Below, one piece after another: positions 38,163 through 47,337 of a DNA stretch of 64,000 nt. Both the position numbers and the translations under genes were made by a program. The notes under the pieces were generated by a model. It made no database searches, was not told the origin of the DNA, and saw nothing but the letters and a program-made list of their open reading frames with translations. Positions within the stretch are counted from its first letter, which is position 1; the number at the start of each line of letters is the position of its first letter. The stretch is from contig CAVSTD010000011.1 in the NCBI GenBank assembly GCA_963730815.1, forward strand, positions 41,168 to 105,167. The letters run 5' to 3'. The DNA comes from an uncultured Thermoplasmata archaeon. Lineage in GTDB: Archaea; Thermoplasmatota; Thermoplasmata; Lutacidiplasmatales; UBA184.

Positions 38163-39541
38163 GCCGTCCTCCCGACGGCCCCGATCGCTGCGCGCGCCGC
38201 TTTGACGTACTTCTGAATGTCCTTCTCGCTCGTCGTTTCACCGAGTCCCACGAGGATCCGTTCGGGGCCGCGAGTCGACGCCGGCCGGGGGTCCGAGAGA
38301 GGGTGACCGCCGAGGATCTTGCGGCGACGCAACCGATCGAGGAACTCCTCGGCCGTGCCCCGGCCCACTTCGACCGTGAAATCCCCGAGATACGGAGCAT
38401 CGAACCGAGGGGCCTTGAGACCCTCGATCGCACCGAGGCCGCTCGCGAGCGTTCTCGCTTTTTCGGCGAGCGAGGCCTGAAGCCGGGCGAGACCTCGGGG
38501 TCCGACGACCGTGGCGTACACCACGAACGCGAGGGCCATGAGCGATTCGTTGGTGCAAATGTTCGAGGTAGCCCGCGATCGCCGGATGTGCTGCTCGCGA
38601 GTCACCAGAGTGAGAGCGTACGCGCGCCGCCCTTCCGTGTCGAAGGTGGCGCCGACGATCCGTCCGGGGGCCGAGCGCACGTGCTCCTTGCGGCAAGCGA
38701 ACAGTCCGAGGAGAGGTCCTCCGAAGGAGGGAGCGATGCCGAATCCCTGGCCCTCCCCGACCACGACGTCCGCCCCGTAGTTCCCGGGAGCCTCGAGAAC
38801 CGACAGGGAGAGTGGGTCGGCCGCGATCACGAGCGGCACGTCACCGAGGATCGACTTGAGCTCGGATACGCCTTCGTCCACGTGCCCGAAGCCGTTCGGG
38901 ACATCGGCGAGCACTCCGAAGACGTCCTTCTTGGCGACCGCGCTCCGGACGAACTCAAGGTCCAGGCGGCCGGTCCGGTCGTCGTACGGGATCTCCTCGA
39001 CCCGGAGACCCGGTCCGCTCGCGTAATTCTCGAGGACGCTGCGCTCTTCCCACGGTAGGCTCGCCGGCACAAGGAAGCGCGTGCCCTCGTGCAGCCTTCG
39101 GCAGAAAAGGAGCGCCTCTCCTCCCGCGGTCGCCCCGTCGTAGAGCGACGCGTTCGCGACATCGAGCCCGGTCATTTCGACCCATAGGCTCTGGAATTCG
39201 AACAGCGTGCGAAGCATCCCCTGACTGGCTTCGGCTTGGTACGGCGTGTACGCGGTGTAGAACTCGCTGCGCGAGACGATCGAGTCGACCGCCGCGGGCG
39301 AGTACCGAGACGTGAGCCGTCCCCCCATGAAACTTGAGAAGTTTGACAGCGGCCGGTTCCGGCCCAGAAGTCGGTCCACTTCGGCGACTACGTCCGGCTC
39401 TTCGCGAGCGGCGCCCACGCCCATCCGGCCGATTCGAGCCCGTTTGGGTACGTCGGTGAACAGCGCATCCGTGGAGCTGATGCCGAGTCCCTCGAGCAGC
39501 GCGGCCTCTTCACCCGATTCGTCCGGAATCCAACGTGCCAC
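38159..39541 (-). CDS. gcvPA: Glycine dehydrogenase subunit 1
   Basis: EFYTAYTPYQAEASQG, ANASLYDG, FGGPLLG, TREQHIRRSRATSNICTN. Confidence 0.95.
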   Translation of the reverse strand: MARWIPDESGEEAALLEGLGISSTDALFTDVPKRARIGRMGVGAAREEPDVVAEVDRLLGRNRPLSNFSSFMGGRLTSRYSPAAVDSIVSRSEFYTAYTPYQAEASQGMLRTLFEFQSLWVEMTGLDVANASLYDGATAGGEALLFCRRLHEGTRFLVPASLPWEERSVLENYASGPGLRVEEIPYDDRTGRLDLEFVRSAVAKKDVFGVLADVPNGFGHVDEGVSELKSILGDVPLVIAADPLSLSVLEAPGNYGADVVVGEGQGFGIAPSFGGPLLGLFACRKEHVRSAPGRIVGATFDTEGRRAYALTLVTREQHIRRSRATSNICTNESLMALAFVVYATVVGPRGLARLQASLAEKARTLASGLGAIEGLKAPRFDAPYLGDFTVEVGRGTAEEFLDRLRRRKILGGHPLSDPRPASTRGPERILVGLGETTSEKDIQKYVKAARAAIGAVGRTA

Positions 39542-39686
39542 GCAGGCTCACCGGGCGCGTGAGAGTGGTGGTAGCCATAAATCGCTTCGCTCTCGCGCGC
39601 TCGCGCCGGCGATGGTCCGGGCCGAGCCCGACCGGGTTCGAGAAGGGCAAAGGTATTCGGGGTCGCCGTCTCCCGGCGACCGAGAC

Positions 39687-40799
39687 ATGACGCAGGTACA
39701 CGTTCGCCCCGGAAGGCACCGCAGGGTGCCGGTCACTCCGCCTCCGTCGGTGGCCATCCTCGACGTGGCCTTTCATCGGGCGTCCCTCGCCACCCCGCGG
39801 GGGGACACCAAGGCCGCTCGGGATCGGCTGCGAGCCGAGCTCAAGATCGTTCGAAGCGCCGCCACGGTGGTCCGGCATCTTCGGCTCGAGACCCGGCGTT
39901 TCGTGAAGAGCCCCCCGACTCCGTTCGAAGCGACTCTCGTGTCGCAGGCGTTCGGGTCGGGCACCCTCGAGCGATCCCTCACCCGGGTGCGTCGGGCGGA
40001 AGAACGGATTCGGGGGCTGTCCCAGGCGGCCGAGCGAGCCACGAAGGCCGCATCGGGCTCCGAAGAGCTCGGCGACCAGATCCGGGCCTTCTACGGCCGG
40101 CTGTCGAGCTTCGTACGGGAGGTCGATGCGGACATCGAGCGCCTCCGAGAGATCGGCCGGTTCCTCGAGGACCGGCCGCACCTCGACCCCGCGGCCCCGA
40201 CCCTCGTCGTCGCGGGTTTTCCCAACGTCGGAAAATCGTCGCTCGTCGCCCGCCTTTCTTCGGCCCACCCGAAGGTCGCGGACTATCCGTTCACGACCCT
40301 CTCGATCGCCGTGGGCCACGCCGACCTCGGCTTCGACCGGCTTCAGGTCCTCGATACTCCGGGCGTTCTCGGACGACCGGGTCGGTCCAATCCCGCCGAA
40401 TCGGAGGCGCGGTCTGCCGTGCGGGGCGCTGCGACGGTGGTCCTCTTCGTCATCGACCCTTCGGGGAAATCGGGGTATACCGTCGAAGAGCAGGAACAGC
40501 TGCTTGCGCGCTGGAAGGACGAGTTCCCGAACCTCCCGATCATCCCGGTCGAGACCAAATGCGACCTCGTTCGTCGCCCGACCGACCGGCTTCAAGTATC
40601 GGCGACCACGGGCGAGGGGCTGTCGACCTTGGAGTCCATGGTGCGCACGCTGGTTCGACCGCGAGGAGAGCTCCCTCCGATGGAGGAGTCCCTCTCCGAA
40701 GAAATCACCGAAATACCCGAGGTCGAAGAGCGGCCGGCACGCCGAGCCACCGCCCATCGAGGCCGGACGGGACGCACGTCCTCCTCTGCGGCTCCATGA
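39687..40799 (+). CDS. NOG1-family (OBG-like) GTP-binding protein
   Basis: GFPNVGKSS, YPFTT, DTPG, TKCD, VSA. Start uncertain (39612 or 39687). Confidence 0.88.
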   Translation: MTQVHVRPGRHRRVPVTPPPSVAILDVAFHRASLATPRGDTKAARDRLRAELKIVRSAATVVRHLRLETRRFVKSPPTPFEATLVSQAFGSGTLERSLTRVRRAEERIRGLSQAAERATKAASGSEELGDQIRAFYGRLSSFVREVDADIERLREIGRFLEDRPHLDPAAPTLVVAGFPNVGKSSLVARLSSAHPKVADYPFTTLSIAVGHADLGFDRLQVLDTPGVLGRPGRSNPAESEARSAVRGAATVVLFVIDPSGKSGYTVEEQEQLLARWKDEFPNLPIIPVETKCDLVRRPTDRLQVSATTGEGLSTLESMVRTLVRPRGELPPMEESLSEEITEIPEVEERPARRATAHRGRTGRTSSSAAP

Positions 40800-41131
40800 C
40801 GTGGAAGGCGACGGGAATTTCCGTCGAAACCCTCAAGCCCGGCGCGATGCGCGAGGTCATGATCGATACGACCGATGTGGTCATCGCGCGAGTCGGGCCT
40901 CTGATCTTCTCGGTGGACGCGGTCTGCCCGCACCTCGGAGGCTTGCTGGCCGACGGGTCGCTCGCCGGCCGTCGGTTGACCTGCCCGGTCCACGGGGCGG
41001 TGTTCGACGTGGGCACAGGATCGGTCGTGGCGGACCCGTTCGGTGTGGAACCTCCCGAGGGAGGAGTGACGCCGGTCCCGAGTTATCCGGTGCGCGTTGT
41101 GGCCGGCATGGTCGAGGTCGACCTGCCGTAA
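40796..41131 (+). CDS. Rieske-type [2Fe-2S] ferredoxin
   Basis: CPHLGG and CPVHGAVFDVGTG; ATGA overlap with the GTPase stop. Confidence 0.9.
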   Translation: MTWKATGISVETLKPGAMREVMIDTTDVVIARVGPLIFSVDAVCPHLGGLLADGSLAGRRLTCPVHGAVFDVGTGSVVADPFGVEPPEGGVTPVPSYPVRVVAGMVEVDLP

Positions 41132-41144
41132 CGAACGGGCAAAT

Positions 41145-42377
41145 TCAGACCGCGAAAGCCTTCCCGTTCTCGGGCAGGATGACCTGGCACGTGGGCTCGA
41201 GGGCATCCCGAAGCGCCTCGCGCTGGTCCCCGTGCATCAGAACGACCGTTTCGGCCCGCGATTCCTTCGCCACGCGGACGAGGTCGGAGTGCCCGGCGTG
41301 GGCCGAGAAGTCGAACTTCATGACCTCGCAGGTCGGGTGGATCACGGTATCGTCGATCGTGAGGGTTCCCTCGTCCAGGAGTTGGCGCCCGTTCGAGCCT
41401 TCGACCTGGTAGCCGGTGAGTAGGATCGAGCTGTTGGCGTCCTTGTACAGTTCTCCGATGTAGTAGAGGACCGGACCTCCGTCGAGCATCCCGCCCGTCG
41501 TGACGATCACCTCGGCCTCGCGGAGCGCCTTTCTGCGGTCCCCCGGGTGCTCGACCACGTGAACTCCCTCGAGGGCCCTGCGGAATCGCCGGGCGTCCGC
41601 CAGGTACTCGGGCGCGGCCTCGTAGATCTCGTTCACTTTCCGCGCCATCCCGTCAAGGTAGGTTTCGAACCCGGCGGAGGCGAGCGACATGAGAACTTCC
41701 TGGGCCCGACCGACCGCGAACGCGGGCACGATCGCCTTTCCGCCCCGCTGGATCGTCTCGTCGACCTTGTCGCGGAAGCGGCGCTCGGTCTCCCGACGAT
41801 CCGGATGTTCTCGACCCGAGTAGGTCGACTCCATCACGAGGACGTCGCACTCGAGCGGTTCGGCGCCTCCTACAAGGTGCGTCGGGATCGTTTGGAGGTC
41901 CCCCGTGAAGAGGACATCCTTCTCCCCGCGATAGAGAATCATCGAAGCTCCGGGGATGTGCCCGGCGGGAGTGAACTCGACCTCGATCCCTCGATGTCGG
42001 AACACCCCGTGGCGTTCGACCGCGGTGAACCGGGCGTGCAGCGCGTGAATGTCGGAGGGGGTGTACGGAGCGAGGTACCCTTCGATCCGGGCGATCTTGA
42101 GCGTGTCGTTCGTGAGGAGGTCGGCCACCGCGATGGTGACGGGCGTCGCGATCAATCGGGCTTTCGGGAGCCGGCTCAGCAACGGGGTCATCCCCGAGTG
42201 GTCGAGGTGGGCGTGGGAGAGGAAGGCGAGGTCGACGTTGGTGGGCGCGGGCCGCGGGTAGGTCGGTGGGTCGGTGGGCGTCAGGCCGTAATCGAAGAGC
42301 ATCGTTCGGCCCTGGTCGCGGACGACCAGGCCGAGCGAACCAACTTCGGAGGCACCGCCGAGGAATTGAAAGTCCAT
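41145..42377 (-). CDS. Beta-CASP metallo-beta-lactamase ribonuclease (aCPSF2-like)
   Basis: FLGGASEVG, SHAHLDHSG, AGHIPG, TGD, MESTY, PAFAVGRAQE, FSAHA, HG. Confidence 0.9.
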   Translation of the reverse strand: MDFQFLGGASEVGSLGLVVRDQGRTMLFDYGLTPTDPPTYPRPAPTNVDLAFLSHAHLDHSGMTPLLSRLPKARLIATPVTIAVADLLTNDTLKIARIEGYLAPYTPSDIHALHARFTAVERHGVFRHRGIEVEFTPAGHIPGASMILYRGEKDVLFTGDLQTIPTHLVGGAEPLECDVLVMESTYSGREHPDRRETERRFRDKVDETIQRGGKAIVPAFAVGRAQEVLMSLASAGFETYLDGMARKVNEIYEAAPEYLADARRFRRALEGVHVVEHPGDRRKALREAEVIVTTGGMLDGGPVLYYIGELYKDANSSILLTGYQVEGSNGRQLLDEGTLTIDDTVIHPTCEVMKFDFSAHAGHSDLVRVAKESRAETVVLMHGDQREALRDALEPTCQVILPENGKAFAV

Positions 42378-42463
42378 CGGCGGGCCGAGCGGTCCTCCCA
42401 CTTAACGTACGGTGCGCCTTCCGGGAGAGAAGGCATCTTTAACGACGCTTTGGTGCGGGGGGC

Positions 42464-43276
42464 GTGACCGGACCGGCCCGGGCCGAGCTCGAAGTTCTCT
42501 ACCGGATCAGCGTCGCGGTCCAGCAGGTCGTTCGGGACGCGGAGGGGTCTCCCCATCGGGCCGACGTGGTCGCGATGGGGGCGGACGGCTCTCCGACCGA
42601 GGAGCTCGACCGACTCGCGGAGACGGAGATTCTCAAGGTCCTCGATGCCGAGGGTGTGGACTGGAACCTGATCTCGGAAGAGATCGGTCACGTGGCCCGA
42701 GGCGGTCAAAGCACGCTCGTGGTCGACCCGATCGACGGGACCGCGAACGCCCTCCGCAACTTGCCGTTCTCCACAGTCTCTCTGGCGCTCGGACGTCGCG
42801 ACCTCGCCGGCATCGAGATCGGGCTCGTCCGAGACCTGCATCGCGGAACCACTTATTGGGGGGTCCGGGGCCAGGGAGCGTTCCGCGACGGACGACCGAT
42901 CCGGACTCGGACCTGGAACTCCCGCAGCGAGATCTTCTTCGTAAACCTCGGCCGGCCGGCGACCGAGCGCGCGACCCGGCTCGCCGGGAAATCACGGCGG
43001 ATCCGCTCGCTCGGGTGCGCGTCGCTCGAGCTGCTGCTGGTCGCCCAGGGGAGCGCGGACGCCTACTTCTTCGAAAATAACCCCGAAACCCGCAATCTAA
43101 GGGCCACGGACGTGGCCGCCGCCTACCGGATCCTGCTCGAGGCGGGGGGCGGCATGAGCGACGCGAAAGGTGGGCCGATCGATTCGTTCCCGCTCGGAGT
43201 GGAACGCCGGACCAGCGTGTTTGCCTGGGGCGACCCGAAGCTGCGCGAGCGGGCCTCGGAGGAGGGATACCTGTGA
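42464..43276 (+). CDS. Inositol monophosphatase / FBPase family (possibly NADP(H) phosphatase)
   Basis: GADGSPT, SEE, VDPIDGTAN, RSLG, DVAAA; adjacent to NAD kinase. Confidence 0.88.
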   Translation: MTGPARAELEVLYRISVAVQQVVRDAEGSPHRADVVAMGADGSPTEELDRLAETEILKVLDAEGVDWNLISEEIGHVARGGQSTLVVDPIDGTANALRNLPFSTVSLALGRRDLAGIEIGLVRDLHRGTTYWGVRGQGAFRDGRPIRTRTWNSRSEIFFVNLGRPATERATRLAGKSRRIRSLGCASLELLLVAQGSADAYFFENNPETRNLRATDVAAAYRILLEAGGGMSDAKGGPIDSFPLGVERRTSVFAWGDPKLRERASEEGYL

Positions 43277-44150
43277 AGATCGGGTTGGTGGCGAACCCGC
43301 GCAAACCCGCGGCGATCGAGCTCGCCCGGCGCGCCGTCGTCCTCATCGGCGACCGGGCCGAGGTCGTCGTGAGCGACGAATCCGCGGGAGTCGCTCCCGA
43401 GCTCGTGCACCGGCCTCTCGAGGACCTCGACCCGGACGTTCTCATCGCCATCGGGGGAGATGGGACCTTCCTGTACGCCCTGCGCCGCTCGGACGCCCCG
43501 TTGCTGCCGATCAACGCCGGCACGGTGGGAGTGCTCGCAGAAGTCGAAGCGCACCGGCCGAACGAGTTCGAGGGCGCCATCGAGCGGTTGCTGAAGGGAT
43601 TCTACTTCCTCGAGGAACGGATGAAACTGGCCGCGCTCGTCGGCACGACCCCCGTTCCGGATACGACCAACGATTTCGTCCTCCACTCGGCGCAGGTCGG
43701 GAAGATGGGGCTCTTTGAGATCGCGTTCGACGGCCACGTCGCGGGCAGATCCGCGCCGACGGACTCATTGTCGCGACCCCGACCGGTTCGACCGCTTACT
43801 CCCTCAGCTCGCTCGGGCCGATCGTGGACCCGGGCCTCGACGCCATCGTGCTGACGTCCATCGCCCCGTTCCGGGTCGAGGCGCGCGCGGTCGTCCTCGA
43901 GCCGCTGCGGACCGTCCGACTCCGCCCTATCGAGGCGGGTCGAGGGGCCGTCGTGATCGCCGATGGTCAGGACGAGTACCCGCTCCCGACCGACTCGGCG
44001 CTCACGGTCTATCGTTCGCCCCGGCGTGCGACCTTGGTACGATTCGGCTCCCGGTTCTTCCAGCGCCTGCGCGGCAAGCGAATCCTGCCGTGGACCGAAA
44101 ATGGGTCCGAGGGAGGGACCTCGGGTGCCGATCTTCCGCCCCGCGCGTAA
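43273..44150 (+). CDS. NAD(+) kinase, with one apparent frameshift (~43747)
   Basis: GGDGTFL, INAGTVG, ND; the shifted frame continues IRADGLIVATPTGSTAYSLSSLGP...DGQ. Confidence 0.88.
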
Positions 44151-44658
44151 GCGACCGCCCGGGTCGGCTCGCCTCGGCGACACCCCCCGGTCGATCACGC
44201 GACGGGCCCTTGCGAGCGCTCTCGCGAGCGGTCGGTCGACCTACCCGAACGAGTTCGGGGGCGTGCTGCGCGCCGACCCCCCCGGGGTCATCAGCGAGCT
44301 GCTCCTCCTCCCCGGGACCACCGCGGGGCGCCGGCATGCCAACTTCCAGCTCTACATGCTGCCCGCGGACCTCACGGTCGTCGGAACGGTGCATTCGCAC
44401 CCCTCGGGAGCCCTCCACCCGTCGGACGCGGACGTGCGCCTGTTCCGCAACTGGGGTCGCCGCCACATCATCCTGGGCGCCCCGTTCGGACCGGGCTCTT
44501 GGCGCGCCTACGACAGCAACGGAGAGGAGACCCGGCTCGAGGTGCTCGAAACTCCGGGAACCCTCCGCCCCACGGACACCCTGCCGGAATACCGACCCCG
44601 GTCCCTTCACCGGCCGGAAGCGGTCGACGCCGCAGCCTTTCCCGACGACGAGGCGTAG
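44125..44658 (+). CDS. JAMM/MPN+ (Mov34) metalloprotease
   Basis: PNEFGG and GTVHSHPSGALHPSDAD (E...HxH...S..D). Confidence 0.85.
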   Translation: MPIFRPARKRPPGSARLGDTPRSITRRALASALASGRSTYPNEFGGVLRADPPGVISELLLLPGTTAGRRHANFQLYMLPADLTVVGTVHSHPSGALHPSDADVRLFRNWGRRHIILGAPFGPGSWRAYDSNGEETRLEVLETPGTLRPTDTLPEYRPRSLHRPEAVDAAAFPDDEA

Positions 44659-44668
44659 GACGGGGGTT

Positions 44669-46300
44669 TCACTCTCGCACGGGGATCGTAGGAACCGGCA
44701 GGCGATCGGGCGTCCGGTTCGGGTCGACGATCTCGCGCCCGGGGTGCCCGGGTTGACTCGTGAGCCCGTGCATCTTGGCGAGCATCTCGATGAACTCGAT
44801 GAATCCGCGGAACGCACCCCGGTAGACCTTCGTGTGGTTGCCTTCCCAATCGAAGAAGTCGTTGAGCATCGACCTCGACTGCCGAAGCCCGTGGGTGAGC
44901 GCCCGCTTGAGGAGCTCCTGCTGGAGCGGGCTCAAGCGGTCCTTCCGGAACCAGTCCCGCGACTTCAAGTGGCCGAGCGGGACGAAGAACATCGGCACGA
45001 GGATCGCCTTGAACTCCCAAAGGTCGTCGATCAGGTCGATCGTCCGCTGGACGTCGTCCTCCGTTTCCTGGGGGAGGCCGACGATGAAGGTGCACGCGGG
45101 GAAGACGTGGTTGTCGTTCATGAGACCCGCGGCCTGCACCACGAGCTCGGGCCACTGGGACGCCTTGAACGGAGCGACCTTCCCCGGCATCGCCGCGGTG
45201 ATCATGCGCGGGGAGCCGGTCTCGACGCCGACCTCGACCCCCCACCAGTCCTGCTTCTCATCGATCAGGACTTCCGCGCATTTGGACAGGAGCTTCGGCT
45301 TCGTCATGAGCGAGGCGATCGCGACGTGGCTCCAACCCACTTGGGCGTGGTCCTGCTTGGCGAGCTTGAGGAGGGGCAGCAGCTTCTCCTCGTGCGGCAT
45401 CACGTTCGGGCTTCCGTAGAAGTAGACGTCGTCCGAGTGGAGCAGCCCCTTGCGGACGCCGATCTTCGCGTTGACCTTGAGCTCCTCCTCGATCTTCGAG
45501 AGGGGGTACCACCGAGTCGGTCGCGTCGTGACCGAGCAGAACGAACAGCCGCGGCAACAGCCGCGGCCGATTTCGATGAGGCCGTTCACGCTGGGGAAAC
45601 GGATCGAGGAGATCTGCTCGACCTTCGGAGCCTCTTTCGCCGAGAGCACGACATGGGGGGGGAGGAACTCGTCTCGGAGCGCCTTTCCGACGATTTCCTT
45701 GACGAAAATGTCTGCTTCCCCCTCGACCACGCTGTCGATCCCGCCGAAGGAGTCGACGAATTCCTGGATCCAGGGAAGTTTCAATCGGGTCGCCGGCGAG
45801 AGTTGCCAGGCGCACGGGCCGCCGGCGATGATCTTGAGGCCGCGCTTCCGGGCCTCGACCACGGCCGGCTGGGAAAGCATCCGCTTGAAATTAACACAGT
45901 TGAGCGTCTCCTTCTTCATGACGCCCCCGAAGGTGGAACTGGGCGGGTTGAGTCCGAAGTAATCGTGGCCGGAGACCAGGAGGACCTTGGCCTCCCCCGG
46001 CATGTACTTGTCGAGGTGGCTCGGGTGGACGATCCGCGCGTCAAATCCGGCGTCCATGAGGGACGCCTCGATCTTCCGCATCCCGTACGGGGCTTGGAGC
46101 GGGTAGCCGTTCTCGTCGACCGGCATCTCGGGGAAGAAGAGTCGCTTGTAGACACTCTCGGGCAGGATGTAGGCGGGGGTGGTGGTCCCGAAGCCCAGGA
46201 ACTCCTTCCCGTGATGGTTGCTCATCATCGTCCAGTCGCAGGTGATGACAACTTCCGGCATGTACTGACCTAATCCCAGTCGGTGGGACAGGTCGGCCAC
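44669..46300 (-). CDS. Radical SAM protein with a B12-binding-like N-terminal domain (Grs/Gms-like, tentative)
   Basis: CCRGCSFC (CX3CX2C), APYGMRKIEASL, IIAGGP.AWQ, EGEA, GVETGS, IVGLPQET. Alternative ATG start at 46261. Confidence 0.82.
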   Translation of the reverse strand: MADLSHRLGLGQYMPEVVITCDWTMMSNHHGKEFLGFGTTTPAYILPESVYKRLFFPEMPVDENGYPLQAPYGMRKIEASLMDAGFDARIVHPSHLDKYMPGEAKVLLVSGHDYFGLNPPSSTFGGVMKKETLNCVNFKRMLSQPAVVEARKRGLKIIAGGPCAWQLSPATRLKLPWIQEFVDSFGGIDSVVEGEADIFVKEIVGKALRDEFLPPHVVLSAKEAPKVEQISSIRFPSVNGLIEIGRGCCRGCSFCSVTTRPTRWYPLSKIEEELKVNAKIGVRKGLLHSDDVYFYGSPNVMPHEEKLLPLLKLAKQDHAQVGWSHVAIASLMTKPKLLSKCAEVLIDEKQDWWGVEVGVETGSPRMITAAMPGKVAPFKASQWPELVVQAAGLMNDNHVFPACTFIVGLPQETEDDVQRTIDLIDDLWEFKAILVPMFFVPLGHLKSRDWFRKDRLSPLQQELLKRALTHGLRQSRSMLNDFFDWEGNHTKVYRGAFRGFIEFIEMLAKMHGLTSQPGHPGREIVDPNRTPDRLPVPTIPVRE

Positions 46301-46384
46301 GAGAAAAGACCTTCTTATGGGTTACGAAGCCCTCGAAGCGACACTCCGCCCCGTTCGGACCCGCGGGAACGGGCCGGGACGGCC

Positions 46385-46645
46385 CTAATCGAAATCGGTC
46401 TCGTCGTCGTCCCGGGGAAGAACTCCGTCCAAGGGGTCGCCCATCTCCTCCGCCGGTTCCTCGGCGTCCCCGGACTCGCGGAACGCCGGGTCTCGTTGAA
46501 GGAGGTGGATCCGCACACAGTCCCGGTGGGCGGGGTTCCCGTTCCAAGAGCTGGTCTCGGCGGGGTCCCCGAGCGGTTCCTTGCAGAGCGAACAGATCTC
46601 GGGGGGCGAAATGATCCAGGCGATCCGGCGGGGAGGGGACTCCAT
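46385..46645 (-). CDS. Small putative Zn-finger protein with an acidic tail
   Basis: CSLC...HRDC followed by a D/E-rich C-terminus. Confidence 0.55.
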   Translation of the reverse strand: MESPPRRIAWIISPPEICSLCKEPLGDPAETSSWNGNPAHRDCVRIHLLQRDPAFRESGDAEEPAEEMGDPLDGVLPRDDDETDFD

Positions 46646-46758
46646 CGCGACCGGGGAAAAGATAGACCGCGGAGGTCCTTTACCTTTCGGGACGAACCAA
46701 ATCCCGGAGCGTTCCCCCCCGCCAAAGTGCCTTAACCCGGTCGGGCGCTCCGCCGGAC

Positions 46759-47337
46759 GTGGATACCCTTACCGAGATCCATCGACGTCGGCTCGCGCTC
46801 GGCATCCCGCTCGGTGAACTGGCGCGAGCCATCGGACGGAGCGACGCGACCCTTTCGCGCATCGAGAGGGGCCAGATCCGGCCCTCGTACGAGCTCGTCC
46901 AGCGGATCCTCACCTACCTGGAGACCCAGGAGGGGCTGACCGCACCGCGATTGACGGTGGGGGAGCTGATGCACCGACCGCTCGTTTCCATCGAGTCGAA
47001 CGCCACGCTCGCCACCGCGGCCCAGCGGATGGAAAGCGGGGCGTATTCCCAGCTACCCGTGGTGGACGATGGTCGGGTCGTCGGGTCACTGTCCGAGTCG
47101 GCCCTCCTTCGGGCGCTCGCCCAACCAACCGCCCACCGAGTGCGGGTCCGAGACGTCCTCGAGCGAGCCTATCCCGTGCTCGATGAGGGATTCCCCGGAG
47201 ACCTGCTCCCGCCGCTGTTGGGACGGTATCCGGCGATTCTGGTCTCCCGCCGAGGGGAGCTCCAGGGGATCGTTACCAAGGCGGACCTGATCCGGGGGCT
47301 CCGCGGCGCCTCCCTGAGACGGCCCCAGGTCGCCTAG
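46759..47337 (+). CDS. XRE-HTH + CBS-domain transcriptional regulator
   Basis: ELARAIGRSDATLSRIERGQIRPS, YSQLPVVD, GIVTKADL; TATA-like CTTAAC at ~46731. Confidence 0.9.
   Translation: MDTLTEIHRRRLALGIPLGELARAIGRSDATLSRIERGQIRPSYELVQRILTYLETQEGLTAPRLTVGELMHRPLVSIESNATLATAAQRMESGAYSQLPVVDDGRVVGSLSESALLRALAQPTAHRVRVRDVLERAYPVLDEGFPGDLLPPLLGRYPAILVSRRGELQGIVTKADLIRGLRGASLRRPQVA

Noticed and set aside
39545..39730. Glycine riboswitch upstream of gcvPA
   Set aside because: No aptamer consensus, and a TATA-like box lies only ~35 nt before the start. The hairpins fall in the divergent GTPase region.
43715..46273. 852-aa plus-strand ORF and other long antisense ORFs (e.g. 14539..16740, 57509..59242)
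   Set aside because: Shadow frames of high-GC genes; no motifs, and they lie opposite clear genes.
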